From assembly GCA_024679065.1 (NCBI GenBank), contig JAGIQG010000017.1, positions 57,908,001-57,972,000 on the forward strand: DNA of 64,000 nt, given 5' to 3'. Source of the DNA: Sphyrna mokarran. Taxonomy: Eukaryota. The position numbers and the translations under genes were made by a program. A model generated the notes under the pieces. It saw only the letters and a program-made list of their open reading frames with translations, did no database searches and was not told the DNA's origin. Of this stretch, positions 26,423-39,553 are shown piece by piece (position 1 is the first letter of the stretch; the number at the start of each line of letters is the position of its first letter).

Positions 26423-26718
26423 ATGTGGCGGCAGTTCCAGTCCAACAAACTCCAGCTCACATATCCCGCTCCGTGGGCACTGAAGTCAGAATCGAATGTG
26501 TTTACGAAAAAGCAACAGCTACCTCTACTTTTTATTGGTATCGATGGCACCCTGATCGTGATCCTGAGAACCTTTTCTACTCCTATACTACGGAAGTCAC
26601 TCCCAAAGGAGAGGTGGATGGTTTCAGCACCAGAAAAGCAAACAACACTCATTTTTACCTCGAGTCTTCAAGCCTGCGGGCCAATCACTCAGCTATATAT
26701 TACTGTGCCTGGAGTTTA
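26423..26718 (+). CDS. TRBV: TCR beta V exon (CAWS type), inverted relative to D-J
   Basis: VPVQQTP...RIEC...YWYR...LFYS...HSAIYYCAWSL; TTTTGCAG acceptor; open frame. Confidence 0.9.
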
Positions 26719-26757
26719 CACAGTGGCTCATAAAGGTAGATGTGTGCGACAAAAACC
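26719..26757 (+). other. Perfect consensus 23-RSS
   Basis: CACAGTG, 23 bp, ACAAAAACC. Confidence 0.96.
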
Positions 26758-26792
26758 CCCAGAGAATCTGAAAAAGAAATACCAGTTACAAC

Positions 26793-27980
26793 TGTCTATC
26801 TACGTATCTGTTATCGATGTATGTATCTATCTACGTATCTTCTATCTGTTATCTATGTATCTATCTATCTGTTATCTATGTATCTATCTATCTGTTATCG
26901 ATCTAGCTATCTATCTATCTATGTATCTATCTGTTATCTATGTATCTATCTATCTGTTATCAATGAATCTATCTATGTATCTGTCTATTATCGATGTATC
27001 TATCTATCTATGTATCTATGTTATCTATGTATCTATCTATCTGCTATCGATGTATCGATCTATCTATCGATCCTATCTATGTATTTATCTGTTATCTATG
27101 CATCTATCTATCTGTTACCGATGTATCTATCTATCTGTTATCTATGTATCTATCTATCTGTTATCGATCTATCTATCTATATCTACGTATCTATCTGTTA
27201 TCGATGTATCTATCTATCTGTTATCGATCTATCTATATATCTATGTATCTATTTGTTATTTATGTATCTACCTATCTGTTATCGATGTATCTATCTAGCA
27301 GCTCTATAAGACTCTTGTCAGACCCCATTTGGAGTATTGTCCGCAGTTCTGGCCGCCTCACTATAGGAAGGATGTAGAGGCTATTGAGAAAGTGCAGAGG
27401 AGATTTACAAGGATGCTGCCTGGATTGGGAGGCAGGCCTTATGAAGATAGGTTGAGGGAGCTGGGACTCTTCTCATTGGAGAGACGTAGGTTGAGAGGCG
27501 ACCTGATAGAGGTTTATAAAATGTTGAGAGGAATAGATAGGGTGAACTCTCAGAGACTATTTCCCCGAGCTGAAATGGTCACTACGAGAGGACACAGTAT
27601 TAAGGTGCAGGGAAGCAAATACAGAGGAAATGTTAGGGGTAAGTTTTTCACTCAGAGGGTGGTGAGTGAATGGAATCGGCTGTCGTCGGAGGTTGTTGAG
27701 GCAAACTAGCTGGGGTCTTTTAAAAGACTTCTGGATGAGTGTATGGAAATGAAAAGGATAGGGAGTTATAGATAGGTCTGTGAATTGGTAGATGTGATCG
27801 GCGCATCTTGTGGGCCGAAGGGCCTGTTTGTGCTGTATTGTTCTATGTTCTATTTTCTATCTGTTGTCTATGTATCTACCTATCTGTTATCAATGTATCT
27901 ATCAATCTATGTATATATCTGTTATCTATGTATCTATCTATCTGTTATCAATGCATCTATCTATCTATTATCAATATATC
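26793..27980. repeat. Complex (TCTA)n microsatellite split by a CR1 fragment
   Basis: TATC/TGTATC/TGTTATC units at 26793-27297 and 27855-27980. Confidence 0.92.
27299..27853 (+). mobile_element. CR1 3' fragment
   Basis: ORF 27329-27709 encodes the RT C-terminus; tail present. Confidence 0.9.
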
Positions 27981-28369
27981 TAACTGTCATAAATTGCTTA
28001 GCTGTCAACATCTTTATTTGCCACTTTATTGGCATTCATCAATTTTCTATATTCACATATGTAATATGAATCCTGTTTTATTTTACTAACGTTGAATCAC
28101 CGTTCTTTTACTTCTCAATATATCACACGTTATTACTTATTAGACTTCAATTATGGAATTCCCATCCAGGTAGTCTCCGCAGTTTACGAACAGTTTTGGA
28201 GGTGGGGTAATTTGATTAGTGATCTGCCTGAAAGTATAGCTGGTAACTGTGCCATTGGATATTTTCCAAGCCTGCTTGTCCAATAAGGGGAGGCACTGGC
28301 TGAATGTTACTATTGCTAGAAACTTAATCCAAAAAAACCCAGTTGATGTTCTGGGGACCCGGGCAGAAA

Positions 28370-28462
28370 AACTCTGCATCGACAGTGACCCGAGCTGGGA
28401 ATCGAACCTAGGCCCCTGGAGATGTGAAGCAGCAGTGCTAGCCACTGTGCTACCATGTCGCC
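28370..28462 (-). mobile_element. tRNA-derived SINE head fragment
   Basis: Reverse complement of TGGTAGCACAGTGGCTAGCACTGCTGC...GGTTCGATTCCC (A and B boxes). Confidence 0.7.
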
Positions 28463-29607
28463 CATTAATACCAGTATTTCCCTTATGGAAGAGCTATCTG
28501 ATTAATACATACTCTCCTGACCTGTCTCAAATATTGTGCATGGTACATTTCTCCAATTACCTTTTCATTCTTTTTATAGCTTTTATTTCCACTGCCCTGA
28601 CAGGTAGGGGCAGTTCACCAGATAAATTTCACCTGATCTCCAAATGATGTGCTGCAAGTGATCTACTGATCAAGAGATATGGGAAGGAATAGGCGTTGAA
28701 ACCATGAACAAGTTCTATGTTCTATGTTCTATGTTCTAAGTTGATGGGGAAGCGGGCTCGAATAGCCCAATGTCCTCCTCCTGATCAAATATTTCCATGT
28801 CTCTAATCTGGTTATTCTGGAATTCAACATGAAGCAATGCTTACCCACCATCCTGTCAAATGATATTTGCCCTCGCACTGTTTCTCGTTATCAAACCGCG
28901 TAACGATTTTCAAAATCTCTTACAGATTTCCCTTCTATTCACTGCTCTAAGAGGAAAGCAGGGAAAGGAAATGGACGACACACGGTATTGAGAGGAGATG
29001 GAGTTTACAGAGGACAGCACAAAGAAATAAAAATATCATATCTTCCTGAACCAATTACTGATTACAGGAAAGTACAGTGAGAATTATTCACTGGTCTTCC
29101 AGCCTTGAGCACGGAGTTCGGTTTTGAAGCTTTTGAAGTCTTGCTACAGTTACTCAGGGTTTTGTTGAGACCTCATTTGGAATAGTGTGTGTAGTTTGGA
29201 TCTCCGCATTTTAGACAGAATAAAAGCAAAATCAGTGGATGCTGGAATCTGAATCAAAAACAGAAAATGCTGGAAATTCTCAGAAGCTTTACTGAGGAAG
29301 AATAGATAGCATCGAAAAACTGTAATACTATTTTTCCTGATCCGGGAATCTGAAACATGGGGATGTTTCAGATAGTATGGGGATACTATTTCAGCAAAAG
29401 ACGCTGATGATTTAGGAGGAGAAATTGCTTCACTCAAAGGCTCGTGAATCTTCAGAATTCTGTACTCCAGAGGGTTCTGATGTTCCATCTTTGAACACAT
29501 TTCAGTTCGGGTTAGACAGATTTATGATCTAATCCAGGAATGAATGGAAGCAGGGATATGGAACCGGAATAAATGCTCAGCCACAAATTCATGTTTCTTT
29601 TTTTTTA

Positions 29608-32600
29608 AGAGCAACACAGCACGGGAAACAGGCCCTTCGGCCCAACAAGCCCGCGCCGCCGTCATAACTATATAGCAGCAAATCCATTATCCTATTATAT
29701 TATTCCTATATAATAATATATATATTATTCCTAATATGGAAAACTCTCACTATAGGGACAATTTGTTTCCCAATCAGCCTAAGAGCGAATTTTTGGGTTG
29801 TGGGAGGAAACCGGAGTGCCCGGAGAAAACCCACGCAACCACGGGGAGAACGCGCAAACTCCCGCAGACACCGGCCCAATTCCAAGTGTCTGCACAGCCA
29901 CATTGATAGTCTCTGAGCTGTCATGGTGCCCTTCAGATGGTCCACATAAAGCACTCATTTACAACATGAGGTACCAGGCCACCCATGAATCAACATCCAA
30001 GAGCTGTACCCGCACCACCTGCCGAATGCATGCTCAATGTTGGTCAAGTATGGACCGAATTACCTGTGGAAAAAAAGCCGTAGTTAAACAGTCCTACTAT
30101 ATCCCTCTATCTGCATACCGCTCGTGTGGCTGTCCAAGAGACCCTTAAACAGCCCCAGCGTGCCTGCTCCCACCACCTTACTCGGCAGTGCATTCCACAC
30201 CCCCACTACCCTTTGTGTGAAAAACTGCCCTCTAATATTTGTCTTATACATAGCCCCCCTCACCCTATGGCCATGACCCCTCGTCCTATCCATTTCTGAA
30301 GGTGGAAAAAGTTTACCACCATTTACTCTATCTATAACCCTTATAATCTTATACACCTCTATTAGATCCCCTCTAAGCCGACGTCTTTCAAGGGAAAACA
30401 ACCCCAGTCTATTTAATCGTTCCTCATAAGACAGTCCTTCCATACCAGGCAGCATCCTGGTAAACCTCCTCTGCAATCTCTCCAAGGACTCCACATCCTT
30501 CCGATAGTACGGCGACCAGAACTGGACGCAGTATTCCAAGTGAGGCCTAACCAAAGTTCTATACAACTGCAACATCAAACTCCTACTCTTGTATTTTATA
30601 CCCTTTTCTATGAAAGCTAACATACTATACGCCTTCTTTATCACCTTCTCCACCTGTGAGGACACCTTCAGAGACTTGTGAACCTGCACCCCCACGTCTC
30701 TCTGCGTCTCTATGCTCCGTATAGTTTTACCTTTTATCCTATAACTCTCTTCTACATTTTTCCGGCCAAAATGCATCACCTCGCATTTTTCCGGATTAAA
30801 TTCCATTTGCCATCTATTTGCCCAGTCTACCAACCTGTCTATGTCCTGTTGTATTGCCTGACACTGCTCTTCTGTACCCGCCAATCCAAGCATCTTGGTG
30901 TCATCAGCAAATTTGCTGATCTCACCACCTACCCCTACTTCCAAGTCGTTTATGTAGACCACAAATAGAAGAGGACCTAGTACTGAGGCTTGTGGCACTC
31001 CACTAGTGACAGGCTTCCAGCCGGAAAAAGAGGCTTCCACTACTACCCTCTGTCTCCTCCTCCCGAGCCAGTTCTCGACCCATCTACATACCCGACCCTG
31101 TATCTGTAAGAGAATATTTGTAGTAGCAACAGTATCATGAATGTAAGAGAATATTTGTAGTAGTAGCAGTACAATGCGAAATATAGTCTTACCAACATGC
31201 GATGGGCAAGATGTTGAAATATAATGAGCCCAGTATGTTATTTAATGTAATTGAATGTATGGTGGCTAATGTGATAGAATCAGGAATGGTAAGCATTTAT
31301 TAAACATTGAGTGTAAGCAGCTGTAGGCAGTTAAACCTTGAGAAACAATGGTCACACTATGGCCTAGAAAACAGGGATGGGGTACATATATTCTCTTTGT
31401 CACTTAGTTTAAAGTCTAGCTAAGCCACCATTGTGTATAAACAACGTTAATGGGGTGAGGTCAAAGGTCGGAACTGTCGTATAAACAAACTGGTTTCACA
31501 GAGTAGTAAATGCATCGATTAGTGACCAATCCACGACAAGGTAAATTATTAGCACAGCCAGCACTAATGGTGGTTAAAGATAAGCCAGCCTTGAGGATGA
31601 GATAAGAATCTCAGGGCATGTATCTGCAAACTGTATAAGACAAACTGTAAGTGAGCATTTCACTGGAGTGTTCCGGACATCCCGGCTTTGTTCTCGTGTG
31701 CTGGAGAATAAAGTCTTACTACCTGGAAAACCAAGACTCATACTCTCATTTAATAAGCTAAAAGTATATTGTCGTCCTGGGGAACCACGACATATCCCAT
31801 GCGCCTTCACCTTCTCTATCAGTCTACCATGAGGAACCTTGTCAAACGCCTTACTGAATTCCATGTAGACGACATCAACAGCCTGTCCTTCATCAACTGT
31901 TTTTGTCACTTCTTCAAAAAATTCCACTAGATTTGTAAGACAAGACTTCCCCTTGACGAAGCCATGCTGCGTATCCCTGATCAGATCGCAGCGCTCCAGA
32001 TGCTCATACATCCTGTCCCTAAGAATCCTCTCCATTAGCTTACCTATAACTGAAGTCAAGCTCACCGGCCTATAGTTCCCTGGGTGATCCCTCTGACCTT
32101 TTTTAAACAACGGTACTACGTTTGCTATCCTCCAGTCCTCTGGGACCTCACCTGTGTCCAAGGAAGAGACAAAGATTTGCGTCAGAGGCCCAGCCAAGTC
32201 TTCCCTCAACTCCCTTAGCAGCCTGGGGTAAATGCCATCAGGCCCCGGAGCTTCATATGTCTTTAAGCTGCCTAACAGCCCCAACACCTCTTTCCTCGTA
32301 ATCCTTATTTCCCTCAACCGATCCTCAACTTTGTCAACATCAGGCACAGACATCTGTCCAGTCTCCTGCGTGAATACCGACGCAAAGTATTCATTCAGGA
32401 TCTCCCCCATTCCCTCAGGCTCTAAGCATAGATCCCCTCCTCTGTCCCTAAGAGGTCCAATCTTGCCTCTAACCATCCTTTTGCTCCTTACATAGATGTA
32501 AAATGCCTTTGGATTTTCCTTAATCCTACCTGCCAGAGCCACCTCGTGGCCCCTTTTTGCCTTTCTAATACCCCTTTTAAGATCCCGTCTACACTTTCTA

Positions 32601-33965
32601 TAAGCTTCCAGCGCTGTCTCAGTCCCTAGTTGCCTAGATCTAATGTAAGTCTCTCGCTTCTTCCTGATCAAGTCCTCAATCTCCCTGGTAAGCCACGGTT
32701 CTCTAATCCTACCTTTCCCATCCTTCCTCCTTGCTGGCACATATCTTTCCTGCAGAGAGTTTAGTTTTCCCTTGAAAGACTCCCACATGTACCTCGTTGA
32801 CCTGCCCTCGAAAAGCTTATCCCAGTCGGTATCTTTAAGATCTTGCCTAATCTGGCCGTATCTAGCCCTCCCCCAGTTAAATACCTTCCCTTTTGGGCCG
32901 GTCTCGTCCTTTTCCATTAATATCCTAAAGCAGACAGAGTTGTGATCACTATTTGACACCTGCTCTCCTACCTCGACGTCAACCACCTGGCCTGGCTCAT
33001 TCCCCAGAACCAAATCCTGTATAGCCCCATCTCTAGTCGGGCCATCCACATACTGCTCCAAGGACCCTTCCAAAATACACTGTACAAATTCCTCCCCGTC
33101 CACTCCTACAGCTCTGGGCACTCTCCAATCTACTCCAGGAAAATTGAAATCTCCCACTACTACTACCCTATTTTTTCTACACTTATCTAAAATGTCCCTG
33201 CATATCCCTTCTTCCACGGCCCGCGGGCTGTTGGCCGGTCTGTAGTAAACACCCAACAGAGTAACCACTCCCTTCCTATTCCTCAACTCCACCCATAGAG
33301 ACTCAATTCCTAAATCATCCATACCTCCCTCCCTCTGCACTGCTATGATGTTGTCCTTAACTAATAAAGCCACTCCCCCGCCTCTCCTCACACCAACTCT
33401 GTCACGCCTAAAACACTTATACCCTGGAATATTCAATTGCCAGTCTTGCCCCTCCTTCAACCACGTCTCAGTCACCGCCACCACTTCTAAACTCCTCGTG
33501 AACATTATTGCCTTCAGTTCATCTGTTTTGCCAGTCACACTCCTCGCATTAAAACACATGCACTGAAGACCCTCAGCTCTCGGATATTCCTTTCTACCTT
33601 CTGGTGTTACCCTATCATCCCTCTCTCTCCCACTCCCAGTTCCCGCTCTCTCCCCACCCTCCCTCCCTATTAGTTTAAACACTTCTGAAACACTCCAGCT
33701 AACCTCCCAGCTAAAATATGTGTTCCCCTCCCAGTCAACTGCTCCCTATCTCTCTTGAATAGGTGACCCTCCCTCCTGAAGACCTCCCAATGATCAATGA
33801 ATATGAAGCCTTCTGCCCTACACCAATCCCTCATCCATGCATTTAGTTGGAGTGTCTCATTTGTTTTTACCCAATCGGTCCCGGGCACAGGCAGCAGGCC
33901 AGAGAACGCCACACTAGAGGCCCTACCTTTCAGTTGAGCCCCCAACTCCCTAAACTGCCTACGTA
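29608..33965 (-). mobile_element. CR1 LINE subfamily 2 (end of ORF1, ORF2, long 3' UTR), interrupted by a solo LTR
   Basis: ORFs 33670-33945 (esterase end), 31574-33682 and 30084-31040; 3' UTR homologous to 54614-55049. Confidence 0.92.
31105..31792 (+). mobile_element. Solo LTR (688 bp)
   Basis: TG...CA ends; TATC target-site duplication at 31101-31104 and 31793-31796; AATAAA at 31707; cleanly interrupts CR1 ORF2. Confidence 0.88.
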
Positions 33966-34155
33966 AGTTTCGATTGTATTTTTTTTAAATTTAATGGTAT
34001 AATGGAAGAATGCGGATGTTATATGTAATATGCTGGAAGTCAATTGTCATTAAATACTGTTGGTAACACCAGATAACAGTACAGCCGGGAACAATTGGCA
34101 GCTTTTTTTATTGGCGCCCACGGACCCATTGCCAACTGTTTAGCAACTGAAGTTG

Positions 34156-35805
34156 TGGAGAACACTGGGAAACAGGGTTGTAAACTGGAAAGTATTGAAG
34201 TAGATAAGGAGGATGTGCTAGATATTCTTGAGGGTTTGAGTTAGTTAAGTCCCCTGGGCTGGACGGGATTTACCCTAGAGATTCTCTGGGAGGCGACAGA
34301 AGCGATTGCAGAGCCTCTGGCTCTGATCTTCAGGTCGTCGTTGGTTACGGGTATAGTGCCGGAAGACTGGAGGATAGCGAATGAGGTCCCATTGTTCAAG
34401 CAGGGGAATAGAGACGTACCTGGGAATTATAGACCGGTGAGTCTTACTTCCGTCGTGGGCAAAATATTGGAAAGAATTATTAGGGATAGGATTTATAGTT
34501 ACTTAGAGAGAAACGAATTGATTGGGGATAGTCAGCATGGTTTTGTGAAGGGTAGGTCGTGCCTTACTAACCTCATTGAGTTTTTTGAAAAAGTGACCAA
34601 AGAGGTGGATGGGGGTAAGGCGGTTGATGTGGTATATATGGACTTTAGTAAGGCGTTCGATAAGGTGGCACATGGAAGGCTTCTGCAGAAAATGCAGATG
34701 TATGGGATTGAGGGTGATTGAGCTAATTGGATTAGGAATTGGCTAGCAGATAGAAGACAGAGGGTGGTGGTTGATGGGAGATATTCATCGTGGAGTTCGG
34801 TTACAAGTGGTGTACCTCAGGGATCTGTTTTGGGGCCCCAGCTGTTTGTAATTTTTATAAATGATCTGGATGAGGGTATTGAAGGATGGATTAGTAAATT
34901 TGCAGATGACACCAAAGTCGGAGGAGTGGTAGATAGTGAAGAGGGGTGTTATAGTTTGCAGAGAGACTTGGACAAGTTGCAGAGCTGGGCCGAGAGGTGG
35001 CAAATGGAGTTTAATGTGGAAAAGTGTGAGGTAATTCACTTTGGCAGGAATAACAATTGTGTAGAGTATAGGGCTGATGGTAGCACTCTTAATAGTGTTG
35101 AAGAACAGAGGGATCTTGGTGTATATGTGCATAGATCCCTGAAGGTTGGCAATCAAGTCGATAAGGTTGTTAAAACAGCGTATGGAGTCTTAGCTTATAT
35201 TGGTAGGGGGATTGAATTTTGGAGCCACAACGTCATGTTGCAACTGTACAAAATTCTAGTGCGGCCGCACTTGGAGTATTGTGTACAGTTCTGGTCCCCA
35301 CATTATAAGAAAGATGTGGAGGCATTGGAGAGGGTACAGAGGAGGTTTACCAGGATGTTGCCTGGCATGGAGGGCAGGTCTTATGAGGAGAGGCTGAGGG
35401 ATTTGATGTTGTTTTCGTTCGAAAGAAGGCAGCTAAGAGGAGACCTTATTGAAACATATAAGGTGCTTAGAGGTTTAGATAAGGTGGACAGTGATAGCCT
35501 TTTTCCTAGGATGGAGAAAGCTAGCACGAGGGGACATAGCTTTAAATTATGGAGTGGTAGTTATAGGACGGATGTCAGGGGTAGGTTCTTTACCCAGAGG
35601 GTGGTAAGGGTATGGAATGCCCTGCCTGCTGCAGTTGTATGTGCGCCAAGTTTGGTGGCATTTAAGAGGTTAGTAGATAAGTTTATGGATGAAAAAGGAA
35701 TGGTTTAGGTTAGAGGGTCATTGCTTTTTTCTTAATTGGTCGGCGCAACATCAAAGACCGAAGAGCCTGTTGTGCGCTGTAATGTTCTATGTTCTATGTT
35801 CTATG
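34156..35805 (+). mobile_element. 5'-truncated CR1 LINE
   Basis: RT ORFs 34341-34721 and 34764-35708; tail present. Confidence 0.93.
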
Positions 35806-36429
35806 TCCTATGAATGCTGATGGTGAGAAAATAGTAATATTCCGTTCCTGGGTGGTTTCGGACCACCATCTTTTCGGTTAACAGCCAAACGCGCCACAGA
35901 GACTGAGACAACAGTAGTTCAATATATTCTGAACCAGTTTGTGACCGATGATCAAATTCTATTTCTGAAAACCTGTTCCAGAACTGCAGCATGATCGCAC
36001 TGTTTACAATTCTATACAAGTCGCTTTAGTTCTGTTGATCCCGCAGCTCTGCTGTAGTGTGTTGGTTATTCCCTTTCTCTTATGAACGCGCATCTCTGAC
36101 ATCTCCTGCAGTCACACACCCTGTGAGATGTCTGCATTGATCTTATAGTGGAATCATGAGCGTTCCACATTGCAACATGGCTTGCATCTAGAAAATCTCA
36201 TCTTGAACATTTCAATTGAAATTTCAAGGCAAATGTAGCCTTTTGGGCAGAATGGTCCAGATTCCCACCCCCTTTAATGTGAACAAGTTGTTTCTGATCT
36301 CACAACAGAGGTTGTCTATTAAACAATGACTGAACACAGTGGGGGTGAATGTGAGGAGCTGAAGTTTCCAGTTGAAGAGGTTCCCAGTGTCTCTGAGCAG
36401 TTGAACTGGGGAAGCCTTTGGGCAGAGAC

Positions 36430-36680
36430 GGCGCTTTTGCTATTTCTCTTCCTGAACACCAGGGTTCGCTGTAACTCACCGGGGCGTTGCTCCGCCCAGT
36501 GTCTCCTCTTGCCCGCTCCGGCCCAGCCGCTGCTCGTTTGCGGAACATCTGTGTTCTGAAGAGAGGCGGATCCAGCCCCCATATTGCAGTGACGTCACGT
36601 CCCCCCATCGAGGAAGAAGGGACCGTTCAGAAATGTAGAAAGTGAGAGAAGTTCCCACCCGGAGATCCCGCCGGGAGCGG
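36430..36680 (-). promoter_or_regulatory. CpG-rich promoter-like segment with a palindromic CRE and a downstream splice donor
   Basis: AGTGACGTCAC at 36588-36598; minus-strand CCG|GTGAGT donor near 36480; locally CpG-rich. Confidence 0.45.
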
Positions 36681-37303
36681 AATTAAAATTAAAATAAAAT
36701 ACATATTTTTATAAAGAGGCAGATGGCAGAACCACGCATGTGCTGTAGTATTTTCCCAGAGCACACTGAGAGGAAGGACAATTTGTTGCTTCCAAAGAAG
36801 GAAGGTACCGAAAACGTTAAGTTGCCAAAAACATATTTTTGAACTAATCATATGCTTAGCTCAGCAGATGACTAACCCTCACAGGATGCTATATCTTTTC
36901 ATAGAACAACAGAGCAAGGAGAGCAAGAAAAAAAGGAACCAAAAAACCAAAGCAGTCAGCAATGTACAACCTGAAAGACTCGGGGACACAAGAATGGCCA
37001 AATAAGGGAAAAATAAACAGGGAGAGAGGGTCCCTGACAGAAAGAGTAAGGGGAAATGTAAACAGAGGAGGAGTTTAGGAGAGAGAATGAGATTGGAGGA
37101 GCAAGAGAAGCACTCGAACCAACCACGAGGCGGGGGAGGGATGAAATCTGTAAACTGATTATATAAATAACCATAATACCTGTATTGGGGTGTGCTACTC
37201 TTGTGTAACACCCCTTCTTGCAAGATTGAAATAAACGATTTACTGCTGCTTCAGAAGTTGACTCGGAAAACATTATTACGAATTGAGCTGCGTTTCTTAC
37301 TAC

Positions 37304-37320
37304 TGGGGCTAGTCCGGGAT
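37304..37320 (+). promoter_or_regulatory. Primer-binding site, tRNA-Pro-like
   Basis: TGGGGCTAGTCCGGGAT versus the MLV PBS TGGGGGCTCGTCCGGGAT. Confidence 0.8.
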
Positions 37321-37572
37321 CCTAACATCCCTGGTGGGACGGTCGTCGGCGACGATTGGGAAGACGCATCTCGTTCCTCATTGAACAGTCCCAAGTACTC
37401 GTCGGTGGCCCTCTCCACCAGCGGACTGTGGAAGAATCCTAGGAAGGTCGTTCCAAACGAGTAAGGGGGAGACGATAGGCACCGTCGTGGTCGGGCAACT
37501 TCGTGCATGGACCAAGGTAAAAAAATAGACGTTTAAGTATTGCCTTCGCGAACAGGTCGTGGTAGGTAAACC

Positions 37573-38715
37573 ATGGGAAGTGGGAGAAGTAAGAGGAAGC
37601 ACCCCGGGAAAGGTGCCAGGAAACCGAGGAAGAAGGGGGGGGGGTGCAGGAAACACCCTCCAGAAAGTCCGTTGGGACGGATGTTGGAAGATTGGGATTA
37701 TAATACTAGTGCTAGGGATAAGGACAGGAAGACTATGATTAAACATTGTTGTTTTGTTTGGAGAAAAGAACCAATGCGAAGTCCGTCCATCTTCTGGCCA
37801 AAGTACGGTTCAGATGAGGATTGGGTCTGCCAGACCCTTAACATATATGTGAGACATAAGCAGCCGGGGTCCCAGAAAGAAATTGACTATGCAAGTTGTT
37901 GGGTAGGAGGAGGAGGATATCGATTATATCCGATGGATATAATAAACAAGGAAAAAGAAAAAGATCCTCCTACTGCCCCTCCAAATAGATCAGTTCCTGG
38001 GACTGAACATTTATACAATGGCTGAGCTAACGTCTGTAATGAATATCCTCTTTACTGGGGAAGAAAGAGGGATGATTCGAAGGTTAGCTATGTAAATTTG
38101 AGAAAGAGAAAACCCCCGGGGCAAGGTGTTGTGACAGATGAAGAAAAATATCCCAATACTGACCCTCAGTGGGATAGTAATGATGAATAACATCGAAATC
38201 GAGTGAGAAACCTGAGAAATTTAATAATAAAGGGAATGGGAGAGGAAGTGCCGAAACCCCAGAACTTGTCTAAGGCGTTTGAAGTAAGGCAAGAAAAGGA
38301 AAAGGCCCCTTCGGCCTTTTTACAGAGACTGAGAGATGCAATGAGGAAATACTCAGGTGTGAATCCTGACGATCCAGTCGCCCCACGGCTGCTGAAGGTC
38401 CAGACCTAAGCCTGGCGTGACATCCAAAAGAAAATTCAGAAAATAGAAGGGTGGAGTGAGAAGCCACTTGACGAACTGTTAAGAGAAGCGCAGAAGGTAT
38501 TTGTGAAAAGAGACGATGAGACGGAAAAGCAGAGGCAAGGATAATGGTAGCAACTGTAGAGAAGGTTGTGAGGAAGAGGGTGGAACCAATGACTAGGGAA
38601 CAGAACCGAGGGTATCAGTATGTTGAAGAGAAGGGACGAGGAGGTCGGAGAAGGGATGGGGAATTACGAAGAGAGGATAGGGTAGTCCCTCTCATGAATA
38701 TGGATGAAGATTAGG
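37573..38715 (+). pseudogene. gag: ERV gag, disrupted
   Basis: MG start; MA-like PPESPLGRMLEDW...FWPKYGS; major-homology-like VRQEKEKAPSAFLQRL; several stops. Confidence 0.8.
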
Positions 38716-38757
38716 GAGGGTTAGGGATTCCTACCTCCGGAATCCACCGGGGACTTC

Positions 38758-39410
38758 TTGACAAATCTACAGGAGGGTCCCCAACAAGAAGACGCAGTGT
38801 TTCTGGTGGACACGGGAGCCACTAGATCCTCCCTGAATTTCGTGCCAAAAGGCATAAAACTCATGGGCAGGAAACTGATAGTATCAGGGGTGAAAGGGGA
38901 AGCATTTTCAGTTCCCATATTTGAACCTCTTATGCTTAAATATCAGACTGAGGAAGTTGAGGGTCTACTCCTATATATACCGGAGATCGGTACCAATTTA
39001 TTAGGAAGAGATTTGATAATTAAATTAGATTGACAATCGGGATAGAAAATAACCAACTAACAGTGACAATAGCAGTGTTGACTGACGAACAGGAGCAGCC
39101 GGAGTGTTACCAGTTCCTGAAATTAATGATCAATTTGTAAAGAAATATATATTGGGTCTGTCCTCCTCTATATCCTTCATTAGGAAACAAGGATTGTTGT
39201 CACAGACTCTACCCTCGACTTCACGGTACATACAACCCGACCAGGAGATTGGGTCCTGGTAAAGTCTTGGAAATAAGCTGCAACCGGAGTGGGAGGGACC
39301 ATATCAAGCATTTTTAACAACTAAGACAGCGATCAGGACTGTTGAAAAGGGGTGGACACATCACACGAGAATCAAGGAACCGGTAAAACCCCCAGACAGT
39401 CCCAACGCGT
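38758..39410 (+). pseudogene. pol: ERV protease plus integrase C-terminal remnant; RT and RNase H absent
   Basis: FLVDTGATRS and NLLGRDL; PGDWVLVK...WEGPYQ...GWTHHTRIK near 39240-39380. Confidence 0.8.
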
Positions 39411-39553
39411 GAGTGGTCGAGCCGACTGAAGAACCTTTTGAAGCTGAAGCTTAAAAGACTCTGAGTAACCAATTTTTAGTAGCGGCGTGAGCGCGGGAAA
39501 CAGAACTGTTTTGAATTAAGTTCTCCCCTGAAAGGTAACAGGAAAGAGACAGA

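Noticed and set aside
26417-27377. Long ORFs rich in Y/L/S/I
   Set aside because: Translations of the (TCTA)n microsatellite.
28990-29040. Leader-like MIFLFLCAVL on the minus strand
   Set aside because: Weak donor and no V exon downstream.
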